In this document: positions 53,601 through 64,000 of the stretch, in pieces | Layout of the letters: each line of letters opens with the position of its first letter | Numbering within the stretch: the stretch's first letter is position 1 | Source: the human T2T-CHM13v2.0 reference genome, Homo sapiens | Strand: one strand, 5' to 3' | DNA: 64,000 nt | Assembly (NCBI RefSeq): GCF_009914755.1 | Contig: NC_060927.1 | Position numbers and translations under genes: made by a program | Notes under the pieces: generated by a model | The model's input: the letters and a program-made list of their open reading frames with translations, nothing else | Databases searched by the model: none | What the model was told of the DNA's origin: nothing

Positions 53601-56600
53601 GTAAGATACACAGTACCTAATGATAGGGTTGCTGAGAAAAATAAATAAATATATGAAAAGAAGAAAAGCACACCTTGGCTACAGGAGCACCCACTACATT
53701 GCTGCTTCTGCTGCAGGCATGTGGCTAAAGACTCCTAGGGGTTGGAGGTGAGGGCAATGAGCAAAACTGGGTACAAATAAGGATTCCCTTCTCCCTTGGA
53801 AAGTTCCACCACTCCCAATCTCCCAGTCTCCCTGGGAAATGCAAAGCAATTTGCATCATCAGTCCCCTTTCCCTCATGGGCAGATTAAGGCAGGCTGTGA
53901 AAGTTGAGAAACTTGGCCAGGCTCTCCCAAGAAGTCAGTGAGAAAAATAAGTGGCTAGAAAACAAATCAGCCAACTTCTAGTTCAGAGCACCCTCCTTCC
54001 ACCAGGCTACAGGACTGAGCATTCAAGAACTTAGATACCATCAATGGGCACAGGTGTTGGGTGTGCATGTGTGTCTGTGGACAGACTAACATCTATGACA
54101 GCTTGGTCACTGAGGTTAAGATATCGATTAATCATATAAGAATATACCAGAAAAAACAGTATATTTACAGTCACATTGCTTAATGACAGGGATATATTCT
54201 GAGAAATGCATTGTTAGTTGACTTCATTGTTGTGCAAACATCATAGAACTTAACCTACACATAGCCTACTAGACACCTGGAGTATATGCTATGGCCTGTT
54301 GCTCCTAGGCTACAAACCTGCACAGCATGTTACTATACTGAGTACTGTAGGCAACTGTAACACAATTAAGTATCTGTGTGTCTAAACATTCAGGCATAGA
54401 ACAGGTACAGTAAAAATATGGTATTATAATCTTATGGGATCACTATTGTATATGCAGTCCGTGGTTGACTGAAACGTTGTCATGCAACACACACACGGAG
54501 AGACACAGAGAATAATAAAAGCAGCAGCATTCCAGCAGTCCAACCACCATTCCAGTAGATGATATTTCTACCTTTCAAATTAAGTAACCTAGGTATAGAA
54601 GGTAAGAAAGTACCCAAAGTCATGGCTAACAGGAAGCAAGATACACTGTTCAGGTAGTAATGAGCTGCCCTCTCTGGGACACTGGAATGAGACCACATCC
54701 TGCCCTCAGTCTTCCCTGGCCACTGCTCCAAGGCTCCCACTCCACTCCTGCATGTACCCCCTCACACCCCGCCCACACCCAGACCTGCCCCAGTAAACTC
54801 ATCCTTCCGACACACCCTGCCCTGCCATACCCCACACTCACCAGCACATGCCACACCTGCTCACTGGCCCTGCGGAAGCTGCAGAAGCGCACACTGGCAC
54901 CCAGTAGGCCCTGGCCGCCCCACATGTTGCTGGGCACCACCTCCACCTCGCGCACCCTCATGGTCTTCATATTGAACACCTCCAGCTTCACGGGCTTCTC
55001 CACATTGGCTTTCAGTAGTGCCTTCAGGGTGTCATTCTCCTTGTTCTGTGGGGGCAATGGGGCTGACTCCAAGGCCACCTCATGCCCAGGCTAGGACCCT
55101 CAGACAAGTCTGGGCCTGAGATGGGGCAAGGGCCTTAGTGGGCAGCAGCCCTCAGCAGGGTCACTGTGGGGATGGGCCAAGGTAGTGGATGGGCCAGGTT
55201 CACAGACCAGGGTTGAGCCTGCAGCCACTGGGACCCCCACCTTCCCCAAGCACTGCCAAACCTTCCTCAGCCTGCCAGAAAAAACAAAGCAAGCAAAAAG
55301 CCTCCCAGATCCACAGCATTCCAGTGCTGCCCCACTCTGAGCTGCCCCTTGGCCAGGGCCCTCATATCCCTCATGCCCCAGGAGGCAGGCCCCTTGGGCC
55401 TTGTTGCCACCTCCAAGAGGCCATATGTCCTCTGTCCACCCCACAGAGCTCAGAAGCTGAGCACTGGGCAGGGCCCCAGTCAGGCTCTGAGTACAGCCCT
55501 GGAAGAAGGGGAGACAGGGCTGGGACTCCCTTTAGAAAAAAAGGGAGGGAAGGGTAGACTGGGGCCCCCTGTGGGACAGATGAAGACACACAAACACACA
55601 TAAGCAAGCAAAGCAGAGGCAGGTTGGGGAACTCACCAGCCTCGAGTGCCCAATGGTGATGATGAAGTCAAAGTAGGGCTCCAGGCCCGCCTGCTGGGCT
55701 GGGGAGTTCTCCTGCACCTATCCCACAGCAAAGACCACAGTCACTGCGCCAACCCTGGGACTCTCCAAGTAGCCCTCTCCCCCATTTCAGGAACCATCAG
55801 CACTCCCAGTGTGCCAGCCAGAACACATGTCTGGCATGAACTGTTCCGGACATTCTCAGGGTTCACTCCATGGCCTCTTGCTACCTTCCTGGGCACAAAT
55901 TTTCCTCTTAGGAAAATGGCTCCTTCCTGATTATGATCCACAGATGCTTTCAGAAATGGCTCACAGCCCAGGACATCCTTAGGGGCTCCCAGGAGGCAAT
56001 ATGGAGACAGGCTGGCCCAGGCCTGTGGGAATGCTGCTCTAGAGGGCTAGGCTAGGGTTGGCCGGAAAGCCAAAAGGGTTTACCAGAAAGGTTTAGACTG
56101 GACCAGAAGGGAGGGCCCTGACGTGCAGTGGAAGTGGGCAGGCCTCGGGAGGGATACACCCAGGGCTGTACCCAGAAAGAGGGAGTGGGAAAAGCAGCTT
56201 GCAGCCAGGTCCCAGCTTGCACCCCAGCCTCTGGGGTGGGAGACCCAGGCTCAGTCCAGCAGGTAATGAAAGCCACTGGCAGAGAAGCAGACCCCAGGGG
56301 TAGAACTAGGCCTGAGCCAGGGAGCCCAGTGAGTGGGCAGTGCCAATCCCCACAGCCTGGCTCTGGACTGAGGAGCCCCCCAGTGGCTCAGCTGCCCTAC
56401 CAGCCTCATAGTGTAGCCTCCATGCCTGTGCAGGACACCTCCTCCAGGAAGCATTCCCATTTCCAGGGTGCTCCCTGCCCCTCCCTGAACTCCCCACCTC
56501 ACTGCTGTCTCCAAAAGCACAACAACCAGGCTTTGCAGGCTGTGGCAGAAATCCATCCCAAAAGCCCCATATACAGAGCCTGGCTTAAACAATGCAGGCT

Positions 56601-59600
56601 TTGTCCCAAGGCCCTAGACCCGAAGATGGGCCCACACCCTCAGGTCTTTGGCTGCGGGCATTTGATAACCTGTTGGCGTAGACACCAGCCAGACCCAGCC
56701 CAGAGGGCACAGGACCTAGGCTCTTGCTGCCTCCTCATGGGAAAGGCCCTGTGGCTCCTGCTACATACCAGCCCCTCCAGGTTTGGATTCCCCAACCTGA
56801 AGGAGAGCTCATGAAGACTAGGCTGAGAACAAACCGCTGAGATCAAGGCCAGTTTGCCCCTGGAATTAGGATTCCCTTCTGGCAGCATCACCAACTGAGC
56901 CCCTCCTTATCACCTCCAGAAGCTGCCATGGCTTCCAAAGGGAGTGAGTGCGGCCCAGAAATCAGATCTGGGCCTAGTTGGCCTGGCCCAGTAGGCAAGC
57001 TGCTCCCAGGCCCCGCTGCAGGGGAGCTCTGGGCCCTGCCCTCTAACCCTTCAGGTGAGGGGATCTTTCGAAAACCACAGGACAGGACAGTTATTCAGGA
57101 ATAGCTTGGGGACAATGCCCCTCCCTAATCAGGGCCACCTCCAAATCACTCCACGTCAGGTGCCTGCCTACTTCCCTCCCCACTCCCCAGTATTGCATGT
57201 CAGCTGCTCTCCATCATGAATGAGGTCCAGAGGGTCAGGCCCCAGGCCTGGCCTCCTTGACCCACCCAATACCTCCACCACCCTCTCCTGTGGCTTTGTC
57301 CTCTGCTTGGCTACACTCCACTTCTCTCACCTGGGGCCTCATCACTACTCACTATGGCTCCGCAGCTGAAATAATCTATGCTGCTGCCCACTGTACGGCT
57401 CCCCCTGCAGAAACCACTGCCTGCCATCCAGCTCCCTCAGGGGCTCCCATCACAGCCTGCCCCAAGGCCCTATAGTGCTGCTTTTCCTCATGCTCCCACC
57501 CTATTTTTCCCAATCAGGGAACCTAATGGAACTCACAGTGATCACAACTTACACTTACTAAGGGCTGGTTGGCTGAGTGCCAGGGCATGGCACCACCTCA
57601 CCTGCTTTATGTGTCATTTAACCTTTTTAATAACCTCAAATGACAAATGAGACCAAGTACTCAATAATTCAGTAATTTGACCCCAGGAAATCCAACCCAG
57701 AGCCCTCCCCCTAACCACTGCCCTCTCCTAACAGCTGTTTCCTGGTGAATCTGCCACTACTCTAAGCTCGCTGAGGGCAGCGACTTCTCCAAAGTATTGG
57801 GCACGCAGCGAGGTGCCAATATTTCTAGAATGCAGCACAGCTGTTCTTCAGTGTTGTTAAAGGTAAGTAGGTCATGTCACTCCTCCATTTAAAACCTCCT
57901 GATGGTTTTACATCTCAGAATAAAATCTTAAATCTTCAGGACAACAGGCAAGGTCCTACACGGTCTGCTCTGGTCTCCTCCTCACACTGGCCACACCATC
58001 CAAGCACACCAGCCTCACCTGGCATTTCCTCAAACACACAAGCACAACCTACCTCGGGGCCTCTGCACAAGCTGGTCCTTCTGCCTGGAATACTACTATT
58101 CCCCTAAATATCTGTATTGTCCACTCTTTACTTCCTTCAGAAGCATCTGTTCGAATGTGACTTGAGAAGAGGCCCTTCCTGACCACTCTATCAAAAATAG
58201 CACCCACTCACCATTCTGTATCCCCTTAACCTGCTTTATTTTTATCACTGGTAATTACCACCTACCATGTATTTTTTCATTTCCCTTCTTTCCCTACCAT
58301 CATCCAAATGTCAGCTCCAGAACAGGGACCATGTTTGTTCTGTTCACTGCTTTATCTCTAGAGCCTTAGAATTCTGCCTGCCAGAGTAGGAGCTCAAAAC
58401 TTTGTTTTTGTGACTGACAACCTCTGATCCCTGGTCCCTCTCCAATTTGTCCCTCTCCATCAGGCAGGCCCCTCCCGTCTTCGAAGCTCCCATCATCGCC
58501 CCACCCCTCCTCTTGCCAATATCCTGAGTTCCTTTGCCTTTAATCAAACCTGTTGGAAGACGCTCCTGGCTGGATGCATTCCACTGTCCACGCTTGCTGT
58601 TTGGTGTCTCACCATAAGAAAGCCCATTCCCAAGCACAAATCCTGTCAACTCTGGGTTCTCCAAGCCAGCCTGGTTTTCACGTTAAGAAACTTTTAGCCC
58701 TCTCATGTGGTTAGCTGGCAACAGACCCTACCTTCAAAACACACAAACCGACAAGCTTGCCTGTCTCCACTCATCTCTGCATCCAGCTGCCTTTCACTAG
58801 GGAAAGGGGGGGTGCAGGGACGCCTCTTCCCCGCAGCGCTCCGGGGTCAGAGACCCCCAGCCCCTCTCACCTACATTATAGCCCTTCCCTCACCGCAGGC
58901 ACAAATCTCCATCCGGCTGCGGGACCCTCTCCTCACCCTCACAGCACACTCCGTTCTAGGAACCCCACTCCGTCTCCACTCTCCGGAAGCCTGCTCGCCC
59001 AGACCTCCATGTAGCGGCATCTAAAGGCTGGGACCCTCCCCAGCTGCAAACGCTCTCCTCGAGGATTCTGCAGCACTCTCCCGGCCCTCCCGCTCCCCAC
59101 TATCCCGTGGCTGGTTTGCACCGGTCCTCTACCCTCGGAAGCCCTTACGACCCTACGACTGGCAGGACGCGCGCCGACGGGCTCCCCCGCAGCTGCGTCC
59201 ACTCGGTTAACCCCGGCCCCCGGGACTGTCCTCGGCGTGGCTGACTCTCTTCCCAGGCCCAGCACGGAGAGCGGCCCGCGGCAGGCGAGCGTAAATGTGT
59301 GCTAAGTGCACGAGTGCGTCCCGACTGGTAGTGGTGCATTCTTCACCCGGGAGGAGCGCCATTCCCGGCGGCCGGACCAGGAAAACGCTCCGCTTCCGGC
59401 ACTGCTGGCACTTGGGGCGGGCGCTGGGCCCGACCGCGGCCGCGGACTAGCCAGGGTCCGGGAGTCCCGCGAGGCCGCCTCTCCCAGGAGGCTCCCACCG
59501 GGCAGGGGGCACCTCCCGCCACCCAGGCGGAAACACTCGGGCCGGGACCCCGCCGCAGTCGCCAGCCAGCCGGCGACCGGACGCCCGGGCGCGGGGTTGC

Positions 59601-59705
59601 GGGCGCCTCGCCAAGGTCACCGGCGCCGCGGCGGCAACTCACCCCGTGGAGGTGGAAGCCCTCGGCGCCGCCTGCGGGCTGCTCAGCGCTGACGCCCAGG
59701 CCCAT
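50400..59705 (-). CDS. GORASP1: Golgi reassembly-stacking protein 1 (GRASP65), full spliced CDS of 9 exons, 440 aa
   Basis: Joined exons give [41 protein letters not shown]...QAQISTTE*, 1323 nt. It has the N-terminal MG myristoylation motif, two PDZ-like GRASP repeats, and a Ser/Pro-rich tail with SLLD, SFLD and TLPD caspase-type sites. Confidence 0.98.
50905..51057 (-). CDS. GORASP1: GORASP1 exon 8 (GFLDVSG...HERG)
   Basis: tag|GC ... G|gtgagt, 153 nt. Confidence 0.95.
51517..51667 (-). CDS. GORASP1: GORASP1 exon 7 (ALLQAPG...VMDP)
   Basis: tag|GCC ... G|gtactg, 151 nt. Confidence 0.95.
52469..52667 (-). CDS. GORASP1: GORASP1 exon 6 ([15 protein letters not shown]...DYME)
   Basis: cag|T ... 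GAG|gtatgt, 199 nt. Confidence 0.95.
52911..53041 (-). CDS. GORASP1: GORASP1 exon 5 (SEDFFTL...GGEG)
   Basis: cag|TCC ... AG|gtactt, 131 nt. Confidence 0.95.
53180..53266 (-). CDS. GORASP1: GORASP1 exon 4 (DVEPSSP...ILQE)
   Basis: cag|GAT ... GAG|gtgagg, 87 nt. Confidence 0.96.
54167..54486. mobile_element. Tigger3/MER7-type TcMar DNA transposon
   Basis: gcttaatgacagggata...ttctgagaaatgc...gctcctaggctacaaacctg...gttgactgaaacgttgtcatgc. Confidence 0.8.
54842..55045 (-). CDS. GORASP1: GORASP1 exon 3 (NKENDTL...WHVL)
   Basis: cag|AAC ... CTG|gtgagt, 204 nt. Confidence 0.96.
55637..55717 (-). CDS. GORASP1: GORASP1 exon 2 (VQENSP...HSRL)
   Basis: tag|GTG ... CTG|gtgagt, 81 nt. Confidence 0.96.
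57860..58400 (+). mobile_element. L2 fragment
   Basis: catgtcactcctc...cttctgcctggaat...gttcactgc...tctctagagcct. Confidence 0.65.
59643..59705 (-). CDS. GORASP1: GORASP1 exon 1 coding part
   Basis: gccATGg; GGG|gtgagt, 63 nt. Confidence 0.96.
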
Positions 59706-60001
59706 GGCAGCGGCTCCGCTCGGCACCCAGGTCCAGTCCCGCTGCGCCTACCCGGACCGACCCGGCGCCAGTAGCACCGACTCGCTCTCTCGGCGCTCGA
59801 TTCCTGCGCCTTGTGACGTGAGGCGTTTTGTTCCTCCCACTCCAGACACTGGACGCTCCTAGCAACCGGCTAGCAGCTCGGTTTCCAAGGACTGTAACGC
59901 CTTCAACCGCCCGCCGCGATAGAGTGCCCACGACCCTGCCTCGGGAATCCCGCTCTGCACCGCCCCACCAGACCCGGACTCGGAGCCGCGAGCGGCCCGA
60001 G

Positions 60002-60028
60002 ATGAGCAGCAATGACTCCTCCCTTATG
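60002..60028 (+). CDS. TTC21A: TTC21A exon 1 coding part (MSSNDSSLM)
   Basis: ATG at 60002; ATG|gtgcgt donor. Confidence 0.9.
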
Positions 60029-63000
60029 GTGCGTGGCCCGGGCGCTGTCCGAGGGCTCCCTCGTGACTCCCCGCCCCTGACCCAGAGACCGTCTGCCCTG
60101 CTACTCTCCTGCCACCCTTCGCTGTCCTCAGTTATATCAGGCGGTCCTGCCTTTTCTTGCCCCACTCCCCCTGGCAAGGGCGTCTTCTCCGGTGGCTTCT
60201 GCGCACCCTGAGCCCCAAATTAGCATCCCCGTTTCTTGAGCTACCCCAAACCAGCTCATCCAATCACTATCATTATCCCTTCTTGTCATCATCCCTTCTT
60301 CCACCCAGCTCACTCTCGCCTGCGCCTCCCACCCCAGTTGATGGCTTCACCATTTAATCTCCTAGCCTTAACTCATACCTCTTCCCTATACTCATCTTCT
60401 AATCCTGTCTACAAGAAATGCCAGCTCCTTGATGTCTCCTGGGTTTTCTTTTTATCTTTTTATCTTCTAGCCCAGAACCAGCACCATCTCTCCCCCCTGA
60501 GAGCCTGCAACAGCCTCCCTCCCATCTGGTTTCTCTGCTGTGGCTCTTTTCAGCATCAGTAGTCCCTGCTGCCACCACGGCACACACCCCCCACATGCAA
60601 AAGCAGCCAGAGTGGTTGTTGCAAAAATGTACATCTGAAAACATCCCTCGCCTTAAAACCATTCTGCTTTCTGTTACCCTTAGGATGGTGTCTGGGCTCT
60701 TTCATATGGCCCATGAGGATGTTTACAGTCCAACCACGTCTGCTCCCAACCTAGCACCCACAAACCTTAGAGGAAGTGAAACTTAACTTTAAAATCTCAG
60801 CCCCTTTGTCAAGCTGTAGTTTCCATGGGCTTAAGCTTCCTTAGCTGTGAAAGATACTGAGAGGACCATGCACAGGATAGTGGATATGAAGCCCACAATA
60901 ACTTGTAACTACAATTCGTATAATTTTTCTTATTATTTGTCCTCATTTTTCCCCCCTTATTCCCTTCCTAAGACAAAGCCTTGGTTGAATTCCCCATCAT
61001 AGTTGAACCAGAATCTGTTGGTAATCCCCCAAACAAACACCTCCAAACTCTTTCCTGGGAAAACTGCATGGAGCTGCTCCCAGGGCTGTTAGAGGACAGG
61101 ATGAGGCCTGAATGTTTCCTCTTTCTCTTCCCTTTGCAGAACTGAGGAGGAGCAGGGGATAGGGAAGGGAGCAGGTCTCATCCCATCTGGGACAGAACAG
61201 AGACAGAGAAGGGACTGGGCTATTGCAGTTATGTCTTCCTTCATACAGGCTGGGATCATTTACTATAGCCAGGAAAAGTACTTCCACCATGTGCAGCAGG
61301 CTGCAGCTGTGGGCCTGGAAAAATTCAGCAATGACCCTGTGTTGAAGTTCTTTAAAGCCTATGGAGTCCTCAAAGAAGGTAAGGACTTGGCAGTGTTGGT
61401 CTTGTGACCCCAGGCACTAGCTGGGCCCTAACACTCTGGCTCCACCTGGATGCCTTCTTGTATCCTAGTTATGGTCCCATAAAAACAGTTTCACACTCAG
61501 CGGCTGGATTCCCACGGGAATCCACAGAGGCCTACGTAATCCATATCTAGTTGACTTTTGAGACCTCAGAGCGCTGACTATCCCTGCTCTGCACCTCGGG
61601 TTCCCTCTCTGTAAAATGAGTGGTTGGAGAGATAGCTGCATGATTCTTGAAGTAATTCCAGGCCTGGAAGCTGAGAACTGGTAATGCAGGCAAAGGAGGG
61701 GGAAGAGGTAGGTGTGAGGACAGGTGGGTATGGTACAGGTACAGGGAGAGGAGTGAGACCCATGCAGGTGCAGATGGGCTGACATTCAGAAGGTGGTCCT
61801 AGGCTGAGGACTGGCAGAATAGCCCATGGCCAAATGTCTGAGGACATGGAGGGATAAATGTAATCAGTGGCTCTTGAGCAGTAGCTGAGAATGCCCTGCC
61901 TGAGGTCCTTCTTCAGAACTGACGCAGCTAATAATTGCAGCCTCACACATATCCCCACAAGTACTCACAGGGTGAACCTTTCAAGTCCAAGATTTCCAGC
62001 CCCTAACAGCCTGGACCATGTTACCAGCAACTCTTTCAAAGAGCCCCAATCTTCAGGGAACTTGGGTCACTGGGGACCTTTCAGACCAGTTAGTCCAGCA
62101 GGTAGTAGTGCTGAGCTGTTGGGTCAGCTACAGAGTCTCATGTCCTCTAGTCCTGGAGCTTGAGAGTATAACTATGTGGACTGTCTTTGCAGAGCACATC
62201 CAGGATGCCATCAGTGACCTGGAAAGCATCAGGCATCACCCAGACGTGTCCCTGTGCTCCACCATGGCCCTCATTTATGCTCACAAAAGATGTGAAATCA
62301 TTGGTGAGTGCCACCATGCTCAACCAGGCCTGACCCACCAGGGGAAGGAAAGCCCTGCCCCAGAGATAACACAGCCCCTCAAGGGCTGCCAAAGGAGGTA
62401 TGTGCCCTGGTGGCTGTGCAGATGCTGTTAACCAGTGAGAAGTGGCTGCTGCTCCTCTCCCCCTGGAGGCCTGGGAGAAGACTCCATGCCTGGGCCCAAC
62501 TGAGTGGAAGCAGGCAGAGCCCATGACAGTGGGAGGGGCCCATGCTCCAGATCCCAAGAGTTGGGGAAACACCCTTCTTCTTTGCCAAGATCTTGTCAGA
62601 AAAACCAAGCCAATATATATAATTCTACCCCTAATCTCCACATTTCTAGAGTCAGGGAGAGGGTCCAAGAGAGACTACAGACTACTATTTCCCTACTCAC
62701 AATAAGTTGTGGGCCTGAGGCTAAGGATTTTGGTTTGGCCTGCCTGCTCAGCACACTGCTGGGCACAGAGAAGAGAAGGTAATCTCAGACAGCACACGTG
62801 AGTCCACACCAGGGCAGCCCCTGCAGCATCTCAAGGGCAGGTACTGCTGGTTTCCAGGCCTTGGGCTGCATGCGGTGTGCTGCATATGTTGAAGGAGATC
62901 CACAGTGTCTGGGGGAGACCCCGAGGTAGTTCCCTGGGCCCTCGGTGGCCCATGCAGAACCAGGCAGACTTCCACATCCTAACTCTCCCTCTTCCTTCGC

Positions 63001-63181
63001 TCTTGGATTTACAGACCGAGAAGCAATTCAGGAGCTTGAGTACAGCCTGAAGGAAATACGCAAGACAGTCAGTGGGACTGCACTGTACTATGCTGGCCTT
63101 TTCCTCTGGCTCATAGGCCGCCATGACAAGGCCAAAGAGTACATTGACCGCATGCTGAAGATTTCTAGAGGCTTCAGAGAG
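60002..63181 (+). CDS. TTC21A: Tetratricopeptide repeat protein 21A (IFT139A, IFT-A related), 5' part, exons 1-4; gene continues beyond the window
   Basis: Joined exons give MSSNDSSLMAGIIYYSQEKYFHHVQQAA...DREAIQELEYSLKEIRK...KISRGFRE, with consistent phases. Confidence 0.95.
61249..61378 (+). CDS. TTC21A: TTC21A exon 2 (AGIIYYSQEK...VLKE)
   Basis: acag|GCT ... G|gtaagg, 130 nt. Confidence 0.95.
62193..62303 (+). CDS. TTC21A: TTC21A exon 3 (EHIQDAISDL...CEII)
   Basis: gcag|AG ... G|gtgagt, 111 nt. Confidence 0.95.
63015..63181 (+). CDS. TTC21A: TTC21A exon 4 (DREAIQEL...GFRE)
   Basis: acag|AC ... GAG|gtactt, 167 nt. Confidence 0.95.
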
Positions 63182-63434
63182 GTACTTACCACACCATGGG
63201 GACAACAGGCGAAGAAAGCAGCATCCAAACACATAATAGCAGGGTGGCCCTCATTCCCACAAAGGGCCCTGAAACTGGGGGAGAGCCACACCCAGGCACT
63301 GGCAAAACACCGGGTCTCACAGTTGCCCCACGCGTGTTGTCTCTGGGCTTAGCAGAGGTTACACATTGGCATTTGTACACAGAGTCTGATCTTTAGATAG
63401 ATTTTCTATGGCTTGCACCATATTCTTAAGAAAT

Positions 63435-63594
63435 TTTTTTTTGAGACCTCACTGCAGCCTCAACCTCCTAGGCACAAGCAATCCTTCCACCTCAGCCCCC
63501 CAAGTAGCTGGGACCATAGGTGTGTGCCAGCATGCCCAGCTAGTTTTTACATTTTTTGTAGAGACTGGGTCTTGCCATGTTGCCCAGGCTGGTC
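63435..63594 (-). mobile_element. Truncated AluJ/FLAM fragment
   Basis: ctcactgcagcctcaacctcc...gttgcccaggctggtc. Confidence 0.8.
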
Positions 63595-64000
63595 CAGACT
63601 TACTGGTTCTTTTGAAGACCCAGATGAGCTGGCCACACTGGGCCATTCCCTCCCTGTAATGCTCTGCTGGAACTGAATGGTGGCTCATGCAGTGCAGCCC
63701 ATATACTGTATATCTGCACTAATATGGAATTTGAAGCCTCAGTCTAGGCCATGCCTTCTCAGCAGGGCTGATACCAATTTTCAAGGGTGTAGACATGGTC
63801 CCTGGGGGAGAGGGTGAAAAAAATCTTACTCTTTATGTATAAAACACAGATATATATACAGTACACAATACACAGATACGGTATATCTGAGGCACTAACA
63901 TTTCTTGGAAGGGGAGGGATTGATTAGAAAACAGTATCTAAAGAGACTCCTTAGGATAGATAATAGAAAAAGAGAAATAGAACTATAATAGAGAAATACT

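Larger units (their letters stand above)
58830..60200. promoter_or_regulatory. CpG island / bidirectional promoter shared by GORASP1 and TTC21A
   Basis: CpG-dense; divergent ATGs at 59705 (-) and 60002 (+); TGACGT at 59814; X-box-like CCTAGCAAC at 59858-59866. Confidence 0.9.

Noticed and set aside
56128-56814. 228-aa plus-strand ORF in GORASP1 intron 1
   Set aside because: GTG start, low-complexity composition, antisense to the host gene, with no splice or domain support.
59706-59726. In-frame GTG seven codons upstream of the GORASP1 ATG (would block myristoylation)
   Set aside because: Near-cognate codon in modest context, while the ATG has an optimal gccATGg; no supporting evidence.

Overview
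Primate (almost certainly human, 3p22.2) genomic DNA with tightly chained genes. It holds the complete WDR48/UAF1 gene (+ strand, 19 coding exons, 4188-46907, 2034 nt = 677 aa), the complete GORASP1/GRASP65 gene (- strand, 9 coding exons, 59705-50400, 1323 nt = 440 aa) and the first four coding exons of TTC21A (+ strand, from 60002, continuing past the window). I read all exon boundaries by hand: all are GT-AG and the phases add up. WDR48 and GORASP1 converge on a bidirectional poly(A) region near 48.8 kb. GORASP1 and TTC21A share a CpG-island promoter, with their ATGs under 300 bp apart. The WDR48 CpG island probably also drives a divergent transcript (SCN11A far-upstream 5'UTR exon, from memory). 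Introns are full of Alu, L1, L2, MER and LTR relics, which explain most ORF-track entries. I see no new self-contained biological system. The best oddities are: an 83-bp copy of the WDR48 exon 16 splice acceptor pasted inside an Alu; a second, similarly diverged local duplication in intron 7; an AluYa5 inserted about 32 bp from an inverted Alu; a candidate poison/in-frame cassette exon next to a hairpin in intron 2; a dual-frame first exon of WDR48; and a 44-bp perfect alternating purine-pyrimidine palindrome. Repeat boundaries and subfamilies are approximate, assigned by eye.
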